This document shows positions 9,653-18,428 of a DNA stretch of 64,000 nucleotides, in pieces. A program made the translations under genes and the position numbers. The notes under the pieces are model-generated. The model was not told the DNA's origin and did not search any database. It saw nothing but the letters and a program-made list of their open reading frames with translations. Position 1 is the first letter of the stretch, and every line of letters begins with the position of its first letter. The stretch is from Calditrichia bacterium (GTDB lineage: Bacteria; Calditrichota; Calditrichia; RBG-13-44-9; J075), in NCBI GenBank assembly GCA_020635015.1, contig JACKAP010000006.1:76998-140997 (forward strand). The letters run 5' to 3'.

Positions 9653-11005
9653 ATGGAAACAAAAGCGAAAATCGATGATAGTCCCGCCCGGGAGGGCGCT
9701 CCGAAACGGATCCACCTGACCACCCTGGGGTGTTCCAAGAATACCTACGATTCGGAGATCCTGCTCGGGCAGTTGCGCTCGCGCAATGCCCAGATTGTGG
9801 AAGCGCCGGAGAGCGCCGATGTCATCATCATCAATACCTGCGGCTTTATCGAGATGGCCAAGCAGGAATCGATCGAAGCGATCCTGGAGGCCGAACAGCT
9901 CAAAAAGGATCACCCCGGCAAGAAGGTGGTGGTGTGCGGCTGTCTTTCCCAACGCTACGCCACGGAACTGCGTGCGGAGATGCCCGGCATCGACGGGATC
10001 TTCGGCACCGAGGATTATGCCAATATCCTGAAGTTTCTCGATTATGATCCGCGCCTGTCGCCGGAATTTCTCTATGAACAGCGTATTCTGACGACTTCCA
10101 AACATTATGCCTATCTGAAAATTTCCGAGGGCTGCAATCACACTTGCGCCTTTTGCGCCATTCCCCTGATGCGCGGCCGCCACCGCAGCCGGCCGTTGGA
10201 GCAGATCATTGACGAGGCCCGGCGTCTGGCGGACCAGGGCGTCAAGGAGCTGATCATCATTTCCCAGGATACCACGTTCTACGGGTTGGATCTCTACCAG
10301 TCGCAGCGGCTGGTGGAACTGCTGGAACAGTTGGAGGCGGTGGAGGGCATCGAATGGATCCGGCTTCATTATCTGTATCCCACCACCGTGCAGGACCGGT
10401 TGATCGATTATATGGCCGGCAGCGCCAAGGTGGTGCCTTATCTCGATATGCCGGTGCAGCATATCAGCGACCGGATGCTGAAGATCATGAAGCGGGGCGG
10501 CAAGGCGCACCGTATCCGTAATATTTTCGAACAGGCCCGCGAGAAGATCCAGGACGTTACCCTGCGCACCACTTTCATCGTCGGCCATCCCGGGGAAACA
10601 GAATCAGACTTCCAGGCGTTAAAAGAGTTTGTAGAGGCTTTCCGGTTTGACCGGATGGGGGTCTTCACCTATTCCCATGAGGAAAAGACCTCTGCTTATG
10701 AACTGGAGGATCTTGATCCTGAGGTTAAACAGGCCCGGTATGATGAACTGATGCAGGTGCAGCGCCAGATATCCTTCGACAACAATCAGCAGAAGCACGG
10801 GAAAACCTGCCGGGTGATCGTAGACGAGATCGATTGGACCGCTATGAACGCGTTCGGGCGCACCGCGGGAGATTCCCCGGAAATTGACAATGAGGTGGTG
10901 ATTACCGATCTGAACCGGGCGCTGCGGGTGGGGGAATTTGTAAACGTCGAGATCTTTGATGTCTCGGAATATGAACTTTACGGTAAATTAAAGGATTCAC
11001 CATGA
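9653..11005 (+). CDS. rimO: Radical-SAM methylthiotransferase, RimO-like (ribosomal protein S12 methylthiotransferase)
   Basis: MTTase N-domain 'IHLTTLGCSKN', radical SAM 'CNHTCAFCAIP' and a C-terminal TRAM domain; 450 aa. Confidence 0.8.
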   Translation: METKAKIDDSPAREGAPKRIHLTTLGCSKNTYDSEILLGQLRSRNAQIVEAPESADVIIINTCGFIEMAKQESIEAILEAEQLKKDHPGKKVVVCGCLSQRYATELRAEMPGIDGIFGTEDYANILKFLDYDPRLSPEFLYEQRILTTSKHYAYLKISEGCNHTCAFCAIPLMRGRHRSRPLEQIIDEARRLADQGVKELIIISQDTTFYGLDLYQSQRLVELLEQLEAVEGIEWIRLHYLYPTTVQDRLIDYMAGSAKVVPYLDMPVQHISDRMLKIMKRGGKAHRIRNIFEQAREKIQDVTLRTTFIVGHPGETESDFQALKEFVEAFRFDRMGVFTYSHEEKTSAYELEDLDPEVKQARYDELMQVQRQISFDNNQQKHGKTCRVIVDEIDWTAMNAFGRTAGDSPEIDNEVVITDLNRALRVGEFVNVEIFDVSEYELYGKLKDSP

Positions 11006-12294
11006 AGCGATATGAGAAGCTGGTCTTTTGGATGACGCTAGTGCTGTTGAGCTCAACCGTATTGGCGCAAATTTCCAACCGCTTCCGCAACCGCGAAGCC
11101 GGCGTGCCATTCTTTGAGGCCAAGGTGCTGGAGACCTACTCGGAAGCAGAGGGCAAACTGCTGGCGCGGGCGTTTATTCAGATCGTCAACGACGATCTCA
11201 CCTTCGTAAAGAGCGGGGATGGCTTTCAGGCTGAAGTGCAGATCGAGATTTACCTGCGCCACAAAAGCAGCGATTTTGTGTTTAACCGTACCATTACCCA
11301 AAGCGTTTATACCGAGGATTTTGCCAGAACCAACGATCAGAATATCGTCAATACTTTTTCGACCGATATGGAAGTGGAAGAGGGTGAATATGAGGCGACC
11401 ATCACCGTGCTGGACCAGAATAATAACGAGCAATATACCCGACGCACCAGTTTCAACATCAGTGGCACCAATGCGGTCGATGCCGACCTGATGGTGGGAG
11501 ATATTCTCTTCTTCGACGAATTCCGCAGCGACGAAAACGGGGAAATTGCCGAGTTCAACCCCAAGCTGGATAATAATTTTTCCAGTGACAGCAAGCATCT
11601 TTACTGCTATTTCAACACCTTTACCCGTGATACCACCTCGGAAATGACCGTCGATTATGTGGTGCAGGATGACCGGGGACTGGTGGTACAGCAGAACCAG
11701 TATGTCATTTCCAGCCCGGAAAAGGGTTATCAGGATCATTACATCCGCCTCAACCGCTACTATTTTAGCCGCAACGATTACGCAATCAACATCAAGGTCT
11801 CCTACAATGGTAAATCGGTGCAGCGTACCGCCCGGTTCGGCTTTTACTGGCAGTTCGTTCCCGGAACGGAAAAAGATCTCGATCTGGCGATCAAGCAACT
11901 GCGTTATATCGCCAAGGAAGATTCGATCAAGTACTACCTGAAGAAAGGCAGCTATGAGGAGAAAAAGGCCTTTTTCCAGCGCTTCTGGGAGAGCAAAGAT
12001 CCCAATCCCGATACCGAGGCCAATGAGCTGATGGAGGAATACTATCGCCGGATCAACTATGCCAACGGGCAGTTTTCCTCATCCGGCCTGGGGGGCTGGA
12101 TTACCGACCGCGGGCGCATTTTCATCAAATTCGGCCAGCCGGATGATGTGGAGCGCCATCCCTTCGAGGCGAATTCCTATCCCTACGAGATCTGGCGCTA
12201 CTATTCGTTGCAGAAAAACTTCCTGTTCATCGACCGCACCGGCTTCGGCGATTATGATCTGCATCCGTCGTATTATTATGTGGAATATGAGTGA
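11002..12294 (+). CDS. GWxTD domain-containing secreted protein
   Basis: Signal peptide and a C-terminal 'GWITDRGRIFIKFGQPD...YEIWRY' GWxTD motif. Confidence 0.8.
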   Translation: MKRYEKLVFWMTLVLLSSTVLAQISNRFRNREAGVPFFEAKVLETYSEAEGKLLARAFIQIVNDDLTFVKSGDGFQAEVQIEIYLRHKSSDFVFNRTITQSVYTEDFARTNDQNIVNTFSTDMEVEEGEYEATITVLDQNNNEQYTRRTSFNISGTNAVDADLMVGDILFFDEFRSDENGEIAEFNPKLDNNFSSDSKHLYCYFNTFTRDTTSEMTVDYVVQDDRGLVVQQNQYVISSPEKGYQDHYIRLNRYYFSRNDYAINIKVSYNGKSVQRTARFGFYWQFVPGTEKDLDLAIKQLRYIAKEDSIKYYLKKGSYEEKKAFFQRFWESKDPNPDTEANELMEEYYRRINYANGQFSSSGLGGWITDRGRIFIKFGQPDDVERHPFEANSYPYEIWRYYSLQKNFLFIDRTGFGDYDLHPSYYYVEYE

Positions 12295-12295
12295 G

Positions 12296-12580
12296 GTGTT
12301 TGCTCGCTTCGCTCGCGATGTTAGTTCGCTTCGCTCACGATGTTTGCTCGCTGGCGCTCGCGATGTTTGCTCACTTCGTTCGCGATATTTGCGCTTCGCG
12401 CGATATTTGTTCGCTACGCTCACGATGTTTGCGCTTCGGGCGTCATGGAACGAAGAATACCTACTCCTCGATACTCGCAAGGTACCGCGCGAAGCGCAAA
12501 TATCGCTCACGAAGTGAGCAAACATCGCGCGAAGCGCAAATATCGTGAGCGACAGCGAGCAAACATCACTCAAATGCCAA
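12296..12580. repeat. Array of about seven degenerate 21-23-bp direct repeats (GATGTTTGCTCGCTTCGCTCGC-like) followed by three or four inverted copies
   Basis: Seen directly: units abut with no spacers, then GCGCGAAGCGCAAATATCG... in reverse-complement. It lies between convergent genes. Confidence 0.8.
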
Positions 12581-12588
12581 ACTTCCCT

Positions 12589-14190
12589 TTAATTTCCATC
12601 CTTCTTCTTCAGTCCGCTAAAATCAATCATACTTTCCGGGTCCAGTGCTTTGTCATTGTGACGTAATTCGAAGTGCAGGTGCGGGGCGGTCGATAATCCG
12701 GAGTCACCGACCAGGCCGATCAATGTGCCGGCATCAACCTGCTGGCCGTAGCTGACCAGGATGGTGTCCATTTGGCTGTAGAGTGTGGTATAATCATCTC
12801 CATGGCGGAGGATGACGGTATTCCCATAATTCTCCCTAAACTTGCTGAGAATTACCGTGCCGGCGGCTGCGGCGTAAATTTCACTGCCCCGGGGGGCGGC
12901 GACATCGATCCCCCTGTGCAGCATCTTGACTTTCTTGACGGGGTGAATCCGATTGCCATAGCCCGAGCTGACATAGCCGGTTTTTATCGGGCAGTCGAAT
13001 GCCGGACCGGCCATTGCCGGCGGATTTTCCGCTACGGGGCGGTCATCTGCCAACGATTGGTAAGAAGCCATCGGTAGTAAAAACAGGCCGATGAGCATGA
13101 GAACGGCGATGCGAACCAGCGGGTGATGCTTTTTCATAAAACTTCCTCCTTTGATATCGTGAATACGTTGTACCAGAAATTGATGATCGTTGCTAAAACC
13201 GGCATAGAGTTTCCAAGGTTCGGTTCCGCTTTGGTTTAGCCTGAGAACGGCCAGCATGCTTTCGCCATATTCGCGGGGAGAAATTTGCCGCCGGGCCAGC
13301 ACCATCCGGTCACAGATCCGTTCCCGGGCCTGGTTGAGCCGGCGGTTGGCGTACCACACCACTGGATGAAAGAAGTAGATCGCCTGCAGTAATATCTGCA
13401 GCCGGATCCACAGATCGTCATAGCGCCGTATATGGGCCATCTCATGAGCGATGATCGCCTCCAGCAGCCGGGGAGTGTGGAGCGCTGCGACCTTCTGGGG
13501 CAAAAAAATCACCGGGCGAAATATGCCGATGGTAAATGGCGTGGTGCAGTCGTCGGCGCTGCAGAGACGTACCGGCCGGGTGATGCGGAAGGCTTGCCGC
13601 CAATGGGCTGCAGTTTCCAGAATGGCCGGATCGGTAATCGCGCGGGCGCGGGCCGTCAATCGGCGGTAGCGCCGCCGTCGCTGCAGGAATAACCCGCCCA
13701 AACCGGCCGCTCCGCCCAACCAGGCCAATAGCAGCAGCATCTGCTGCACGGCAGGGTCCTCAGCCGGGGCGGCAACACCCTCCAACGTCTGATGCTCGCC
13801 CGGGAGATAGCTGTGCGCGCCGATACCCTCGTCAGTCAATCCGTTGGCGCCATCGCTCCCGCTGCTAAAGATCAGCCCTGATATCACCTCCCATGACGCC
13901 TGAAAGGGCGGCCAGGGGGCCAGCAGATTCCGGGCGCTGAGCGGGGAGGCCCATGAAGGAGGCACGACCAGGCGCAGCAGCAGCAGGGTGCACAAGCCGA
14001 GTTGAAGGTACGCGGAGCGCTTGCCGAACAGACGGAGGAGAATCCAGATTGGAATAAATAAGACGATACTGTAGAGCAGTTCTGCCTGAAGAAATGCAAT
14101 CATATAGGCGCCTGCCTGTGCGGTCTGGTTGAGAAGGTCAACGCTCATTTTAGCCCTCATTTTGATCTTCAGTGGATTGATCATCTTCAT
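12589..14190 (-). CDS. BlaR1-like M56 signal-transducer peptidase fused to a C-terminal M23 (LytM) peptidase domain
   Basis: M56 zinc motif 'AHEMAHIRRYD' after TM helices. The C-terminal 'HRGIDVAAPRGSEIYAAAAGTV...GDSGLSTAPHLHFE' is an M23 domain. The start may be further downstream (14148). Confidence 0.8.
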   Translation of the reverse strand: MKMINPLKIKMRAKMSVDLLNQTAQAGAYMIAFLQAELLYSIVLFIPIWILLRLFGKRSAYLQLGLCTLLLLRLVVPPSWASPLSARNLLAPWPPFQASWEVISGLIFSSGSDGANGLTDEGIGAHSYLPGEHQTLEGVAAPAEDPAVQQMLLLLAWLGGAAGLGGLFLQRRRRYRRLTARARAITDPAILETAAHWRQAFRITRPVRLCSADDCTTPFTIGIFRPVIFLPQKVAALHTPRLLEAIIAHEMAHIRRYDDLWIRLQILLQAIYFFHPVVWYANRRLNQARERICDRMVLARRQISPREYGESMLAVLRLNQSGTEPWKLYAGFSNDHQFLVQRIHDIKGGSFMKKHHPLVRIAVLMLIGLFLLPMASYQSLADDRPVAENPPAMAGPAFDCPIKTGYVSSGYGNRIHPVKKVKMLHRGIDVAAPRGSEIYAAAAGTVILSKFRENYGNTVILRHGDDYTTLYSQMDTILVSYGQQVDAGTLIGLVGDSGLSTAPHLHFELRHNDKALDPESMIDFSGLKKKDGN

Positions 14191-14557
14191 AGAGCAGCCG
14201 GGACAGCTCCTCTATTTCCATCTCCGAAAGGGTGTTGCTGCGGGCAAAGAGGTTGATGACAGTTCCGTAGTCTGTCTCCAACACCCGGTCGGCGAAGAAC
14301 TGTACCATCCGCACCAGACCGGCTGGCCGGGATACCCGGGGTTGATAGAGAAAGATGCCGTGGAATTTCTCTCGGGTAAGCAGGCCTTTCTTGACCATCC
14401 GGTCCATCATGGTTTTAGTGGTTGAATAGGCCCATTGCTGGGTAGGGTTGAGTTGATCGTGCACTTCCCGGATGGTCTGCCGGCCGCTGCGCCAGAGCAC
14501 TTTCATGATGCTGTATTCCGCCCGGGATAGATCGGGTATTTCTGTGGGAGCTGTCAT
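14150..14557 (-). CDS. blaI: BlaI/MecI/CopY family transcriptional repressor
   Basis: 'LSRAEYSIMKVLWRSGRQTIREV...TTKTMMDRMVKKGLLTR' winged helix. I place the start at the internal Met (MTAPTEIP) rather than the extended ORF. Confidence 0.8.
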   Translation of the reverse strand: MTAPTEIPDLSRAEYSIMKVLWRSGRQTIREVHDQLNPTQQWAYSTTKTMMDRMVKKGLLTREKFHGIFLYQPRVSRPAGLVRMVQFFADRVLETDYGTVINLFARSNTLSEMEIEELSRLLYEDDQSTEDQNEG

Positions 14558-14587
14558 ATAACACCTGAGTTTGTTTGTCGTTGTTTT

Positions 14588-14600
14588 GTTACACTGTAAC
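14588..14600. promoter_or_regulatory. Candidate BlaI operator (TTACA-n-TGTAA dyad) in the blaI upstream region
   Basis: GTTACACTGTAAC lies about 30 bp upstream of the blaI start. BlaI/MecI operators are TACA/TGTA dyads. Confidence 0.45.
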
Positions 14601-15039
14601 AGGCTTGCTAAATAAACAAAACTGCAAAACAAAAGTCAAGAAAAAAAATCCATTGGGGAATTTTATGGCCGGGCAGGTGGGGAAGCGGCTATTCTGAGAA
14701 GGCTTGGGTGACTTGCCTCCTGAAGCGATTCTCGGAATAACAGAGGGATTGTGGTATTTACCACAGGACTCATCTGAAACGGGGCTATCGGTAACTCCAA
14801 AAAAGGCAGGAATTAAAACCGGGGTATTAGTTCATAACCGTTAGACAATAAATTTCATCCCCGAAAAATAATGATCTTGCGCAAGACCGAATAAGACTAT
14901 TTTGAGTTGATTGTGAGTTTGGAAGTGCGGTGGTTGGCGTGAAACATTTTGATCAAAATGATGGCTCTGTACAAAGAAAAACTCCCTCTCCATGCCGCTG
15001 CACGAAAGGGAGTTCCTATACCGGATAAAAACACAAATA

Positions 15040-15234
15040 TCAGCTGACCGCTTTTTCGACCTTGCCAGCCTGAATGCAACTGGTGCAGACCATAATCCGC
15101 TTGGTAGCGCCATTAATTACTGCCCGGACCTTTTGAAGGTTAGGGTTAAATCGGCGTAAGGTCTTGTTATTTGCATGACTTACATTCTTGCCAGTCATCG
15201 GTTTTTTGCCACATACTTCGCACATTTTCGCCAT
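15040..15234 (-). CDS. rpmB: 50S ribosomal protein L28
   Basis: '[37 protein letters not shown]' matches L28; 64 aa. Confidence 0.9.
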   Translation of the reverse strand: MAKMCEVCGKKPMTGKNVSHANNKTLRRFNPNLQKVRAVINGATKRIMVCTSCIQAGKVEKAVS

Positions 15235-15300
15235 GTTGACTCTCCTTATGCTTGTAAAAATAAAGACTCTAAATATATGATATGGAATATCTGAAAACAA

Positions 15301-15567
15301 ATCTATTTAGAAATTTTCTTAGATTTTTTGCAGTTTTTGGCTAAGTCGTTATTAAACCGAAGGAAAGCTTGCCGTGTTACGTGAAACCCTCTTTTGTGAA
15401 ACAATTCGGTAATTTTTTTGCAATTTTTTTTACGGGCGATTTGGATAATTGGGGGGACTTTTTTTATTATTAGAGGCTCATTTGGGGTAAGGTAAGCCAA
15501 AAACGATTTTCCAACAAATTCAATTGACCGGGTCAATTGGTAAGGGCCTCTCTTTGTCTGGCCAGGA
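15301..15567. promoter_or_regulatory. Candidate oriC / dnaA promoter region: AT-rich tract in a GC-rich genome, degenerate DnaA boxes and a 9-bp perfect dyad
   Basis: T-rich runs (ttttttgcaattttttttacggg), 'tTTGGATAA' (8/9 to TGTGGATAA) and the dyad CAATTGACCgGGTCAATTG at 15521-15539. It sits immediately upstream of dnaA. Confidence 0.4.
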
Positions 15568-17037
15568 ATGGATTTATTAGGGATGAGTGACGTACAGGCG
15601 GTACGCTTGAATATGCGATCTGACGATTTGGATGCTTCAAGGCCGGCAGGGAGCCACCGGGATGGTGTGAAAGACCAGTGGGAGAAATGCCTGACTGCGC
15701 TGAAGACCGCTTTGCCTTCCCAAACCATTCAGACCTGGTTCCTGCCGATCAAGCCGGTATCCCTGATCGATGAAACCCTCATTCTGACCCTGCCGTCCCG
15801 ATTCTTTCAGGAATGGATCGAATCTCATTATGGCGAGTTGTTCAAGGAAGCGATTGCTGCAGCCTTCGGGGAAACGGTGCAGGTCAAATTCCTCATTGTC
15901 AGCGAACAGGAAGAACAACAGCAAATTGCCGCCGCCGCTCCGTCGCCGGAGGAGGACGCAGGCGGCGAGCAGACCGCCATGCCCGCTCCGGAGGCTTGTG
16001 ATTTCGATCACCGTTTCCACTTTGATAATTTTTTCGGAGGGATGGAAAACCAGTTCGCCCTCAAAGCCACCCAGCATGTGGCCCGGCAGCCCGGCACCAC
16101 CGAGTATAATCCGCTGCTGATCCAGGGAGATATCGGCACCGGTAAAACCCACCTACTCCATGCGTTCGGGAATCATCTCCATGAGCACCGGACGGAAACT
16201 CGCCAAATCCTGCTCTCCGGAGAAGGGTTTCTGCATGAATACGTCAATGCTCTACAGAGCAATCGCACCAACCAGTTTATTGCGCAAATGACGGCGGCAA
16301 ACGTCTTTTATCTGGATGATATCCACTTCCTGGCCAATAAGACCAAATCCCAGGAAGGGCTGCTGTTTGTCATCTCCGAGTTACTGAAACGCAAAGCGCA
16401 GATTGTGATCACCTCCCAACTGGCCCCCAATCAGCTCATCCAGTTCAATCCCAAGCTGATTGCCTTCCTGCAGAAAGGGCTGGTGGTCAACCTCGCTGCC
16501 TGCGATTACAATACCCGCGAACAAATCATCCGCCATCATCTGGAAAAAAATGGGTTGCGGCTGGAAGAAAAGATCATTTTTTACCTGGCGGAGCATCTTC
16601 AGAATAATGTGCACCAGCTTCACTCGGTGATGGTGCGGCTGGTTGCTCAGATGTCGCTGCTTGGGAAAAGCATGACCCTGGAGGAGGTGCGCTATATCAT
16701 CTCCCGGATATGCCCCCAGGACGGTGCCGGCACGCCGGGGGTATCCCCGCACCAGGAGATTCGCATCGACAGCATTGTCACTGCCACATCGAATTTTTTC
16801 AACATCCCGGTCGACATTCTCCAGGGTGTTTCCCGCAAGCAAAAGCTGATCAATGCCCGCCAGATAGCCATCTATCTCTGCCGCGAACTCACCAGCGAGT
16901 CACTAAGCGCCATCGGGTATCATTTCTCCAACCTGAATCATGCGTCGGTGCTGTACTCCTATAATAAGGTCAAGCAAAACATGACCCAAAATCCCCGCCT
17001 GAAATCCACGGTCGACAAAATCAAATCTTTGCTCTAG
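15568..17037 (+). CDS. dnaA: Chromosomal replication initiator DnaA
   Basis: AAA+ 'LLIQGDIGTGKTHLLHAFGN' and C-terminal DNA-binding 'ARQIAIYLCRELT...GYHFSNLNHASVLYS'. The true start may be an internal Met (15613). Confidence 0.95.
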   Translation: MDLLGMSDVQAVRLNMRSDDLDASRPAGSHRDGVKDQWEKCLTALKTALPSQTIQTWFLPIKPVSLIDETLILTLPSRFFQEWIESHYGELFKEAIAAAFGETVQVKFLIVSEQEEQQQIAAAAPSPEEDAGGEQTAMPAPEACDFDHRFHFDNFFGGMENQFALKATQHVARQPGTTEYNPLLIQGDIGTGKTHLLHAFGNHLHEHRTETRQILLSGEGFLHEYVNALQSNRTNQFIAQMTAANVFYLDDIHFLANKTKSQEGLLFVISELLKRKAQIVITSQLAPNQLIQFNPKLIAFLQKGLVVNLAACDYNTREQIIRHHLEKNGLRLEEKIIFYLAEHLQNNVHQLHSVMVRLVAQMSLLGKSMTLEEVRYIISRICPQDGAGTPGVSPHQEIRIDSIVTATSNFFNIPVDILQGVSRKQKLINARQIAIYLCRELTSESLSAIGYHFSNLNHASVLYSYNKVKQNMTQNPRLKSTVDKIKSLL

Positions 17038-17175
17038 ACCGCCACGGGAACCTGAAACCCCGCTTCCGGGTAAAGGATCAATGAACGGTGGCAACAATAA
17101 TAAAAAGCAAGTGCATCGGCGTGCCGGATGCTGTATTATTCCGTTTGATATGTTGAACCAACAGGAGACCCCGGA

Positions 17176-18057
17176 TTGCTGAGGATTCTTTGCTTACTCT
17201 TTATGCTGACGCTATTACTGCCCGCTCAGGAAGATCCATCTGCCGATACCAGCGCAATTTCTACCCCAAATACACCGCCGGAAGCGCGTTTCCGCCCGCT
17301 GGAGCGGGAGGTGCCCAACCGGGCCTTCCGGGTGGGCGAGCGGCTGACCTTTACGATCCGCTACGGCTTTGTGAAGGCCGGGGAAGCGATTATGGAGGTG
17401 ACCGACTCCATGCTGGTGCGCGACAGTATCCCGGCCTATCATATTACCTCCCTGGCCCAATCGGCTTCGTTCTTTGATAATTTCTACAAAGTGCGCGATA
17501 CCGTCGAGACCTTTGTCGACGCCCGGCGAATGTTTTCCTGGAAGTTCAGTAAAAAGCTGCGCGAAGGGGGATATAAATTTGATCTGCTGGTCGATTATGA
17601 TCAGCATTACGGCGCTGCCAAGGTGAAACGGATCCGCTACCATAACAAAGAACCGCTGGAGATCAAAAACCAGAGCGAGTTCAGTCTGCAGATTCCGGCT
17701 TATGTGATGGATGTGCTGGCCGCTTTTTACTATGTGCGTACCCAGAAACTGGAACCCGGCATGCCGCTTTATATGTCAAATCACGATAACAATAAAGTCT
17801 ATGACCTGCAGGTGATCGTGCAGCGCCGGGAACGGATCAAAGTCGATGCCGGCGAATTCAATACCATCATGGTGCAACCCCGCTTGAAAGGGGAGGCCAT
17901 CTTCAAACAAAAGGGCGAATTGTGGATCTGGCTGACCGACGATCAATATAAGATTCCGGTGCAAATGAAGTCGAAAGTGGCGGTGGGTAAGATCACCACA
18001 GAACTGAAGGAAATCGAGGGCGTTCCCCTCCCCTTGCCCTCGCAAGTCAAGCGGTGA
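17176..18057 (+). CDS. Secreted hypothetical protein (DUF3108-like)
   Basis: Signal peptide MLRILCLLFMLTLLLPAQ; the family assignment is tentative. Confidence 0.55.
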   Translation: MLRILCLLFMLTLLLPAQEDPSADTSAISTPNTPPEARFRPLEREVPNRAFRVGERLTFTIRYGFVKAGEAIMEVTDSMLVRDSIPAYHITSLAQSASFFDNFYKVRDTVETFVDARRMFSWKFSKKLREGGYKFDLLVDYDQHYGAAKVKRIRYHNKEPLEIKNQSEFSLQIPAYVMDVLAAFYYVRTQKLEPGMPLYMSNHDNNKVYDLQVIVQRRERIKVDAGEFNTIMVQPRLKGEAIFKQKGELWIWLTDDQYKIPVQMKSKVAVGKITTELKEIEGVPLPLPSQVKR

Positions 18058-18428
18058 AATGCGTTGCACTTTTGGTAATTTTGCCAAAAATATGCATAAT
18101 ATTTACACTTTTTGAAAAAGATGCCGTTTGGTGGCGATTGGTAGCCGGCAATATGTTTTGCCGGCATTGCCGATGCTCATCCACAGTAAAGCGCCTGATG
18201 ATGTCAAACCGGTGAATTGACCCGACTTTTCACCCAAAAACCTTCGCGTCGCACCGTCCAGCCGGCAAATGTACCCCCTTCTCTGTGTGAAACATAAAAT
18301 TCGCCAATGTTCGATTGACGCAGCTTACAAATTCGCCGCCGGGAAATTTAATCCGGGACGATGCGCCTCCTGCTGGTAAGATTTTTGCACCGACTTGCTC
18401 TGAGGATAACAGGAGAAGGAGCATTTAT

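Noticed and set aside
12296-12580. Possible CRISPR array
   Set aside because: Repeat units abut each other with no unique spacers. Units are degenerate and the array includes reverse-complement copies. No cas genes are nearby.
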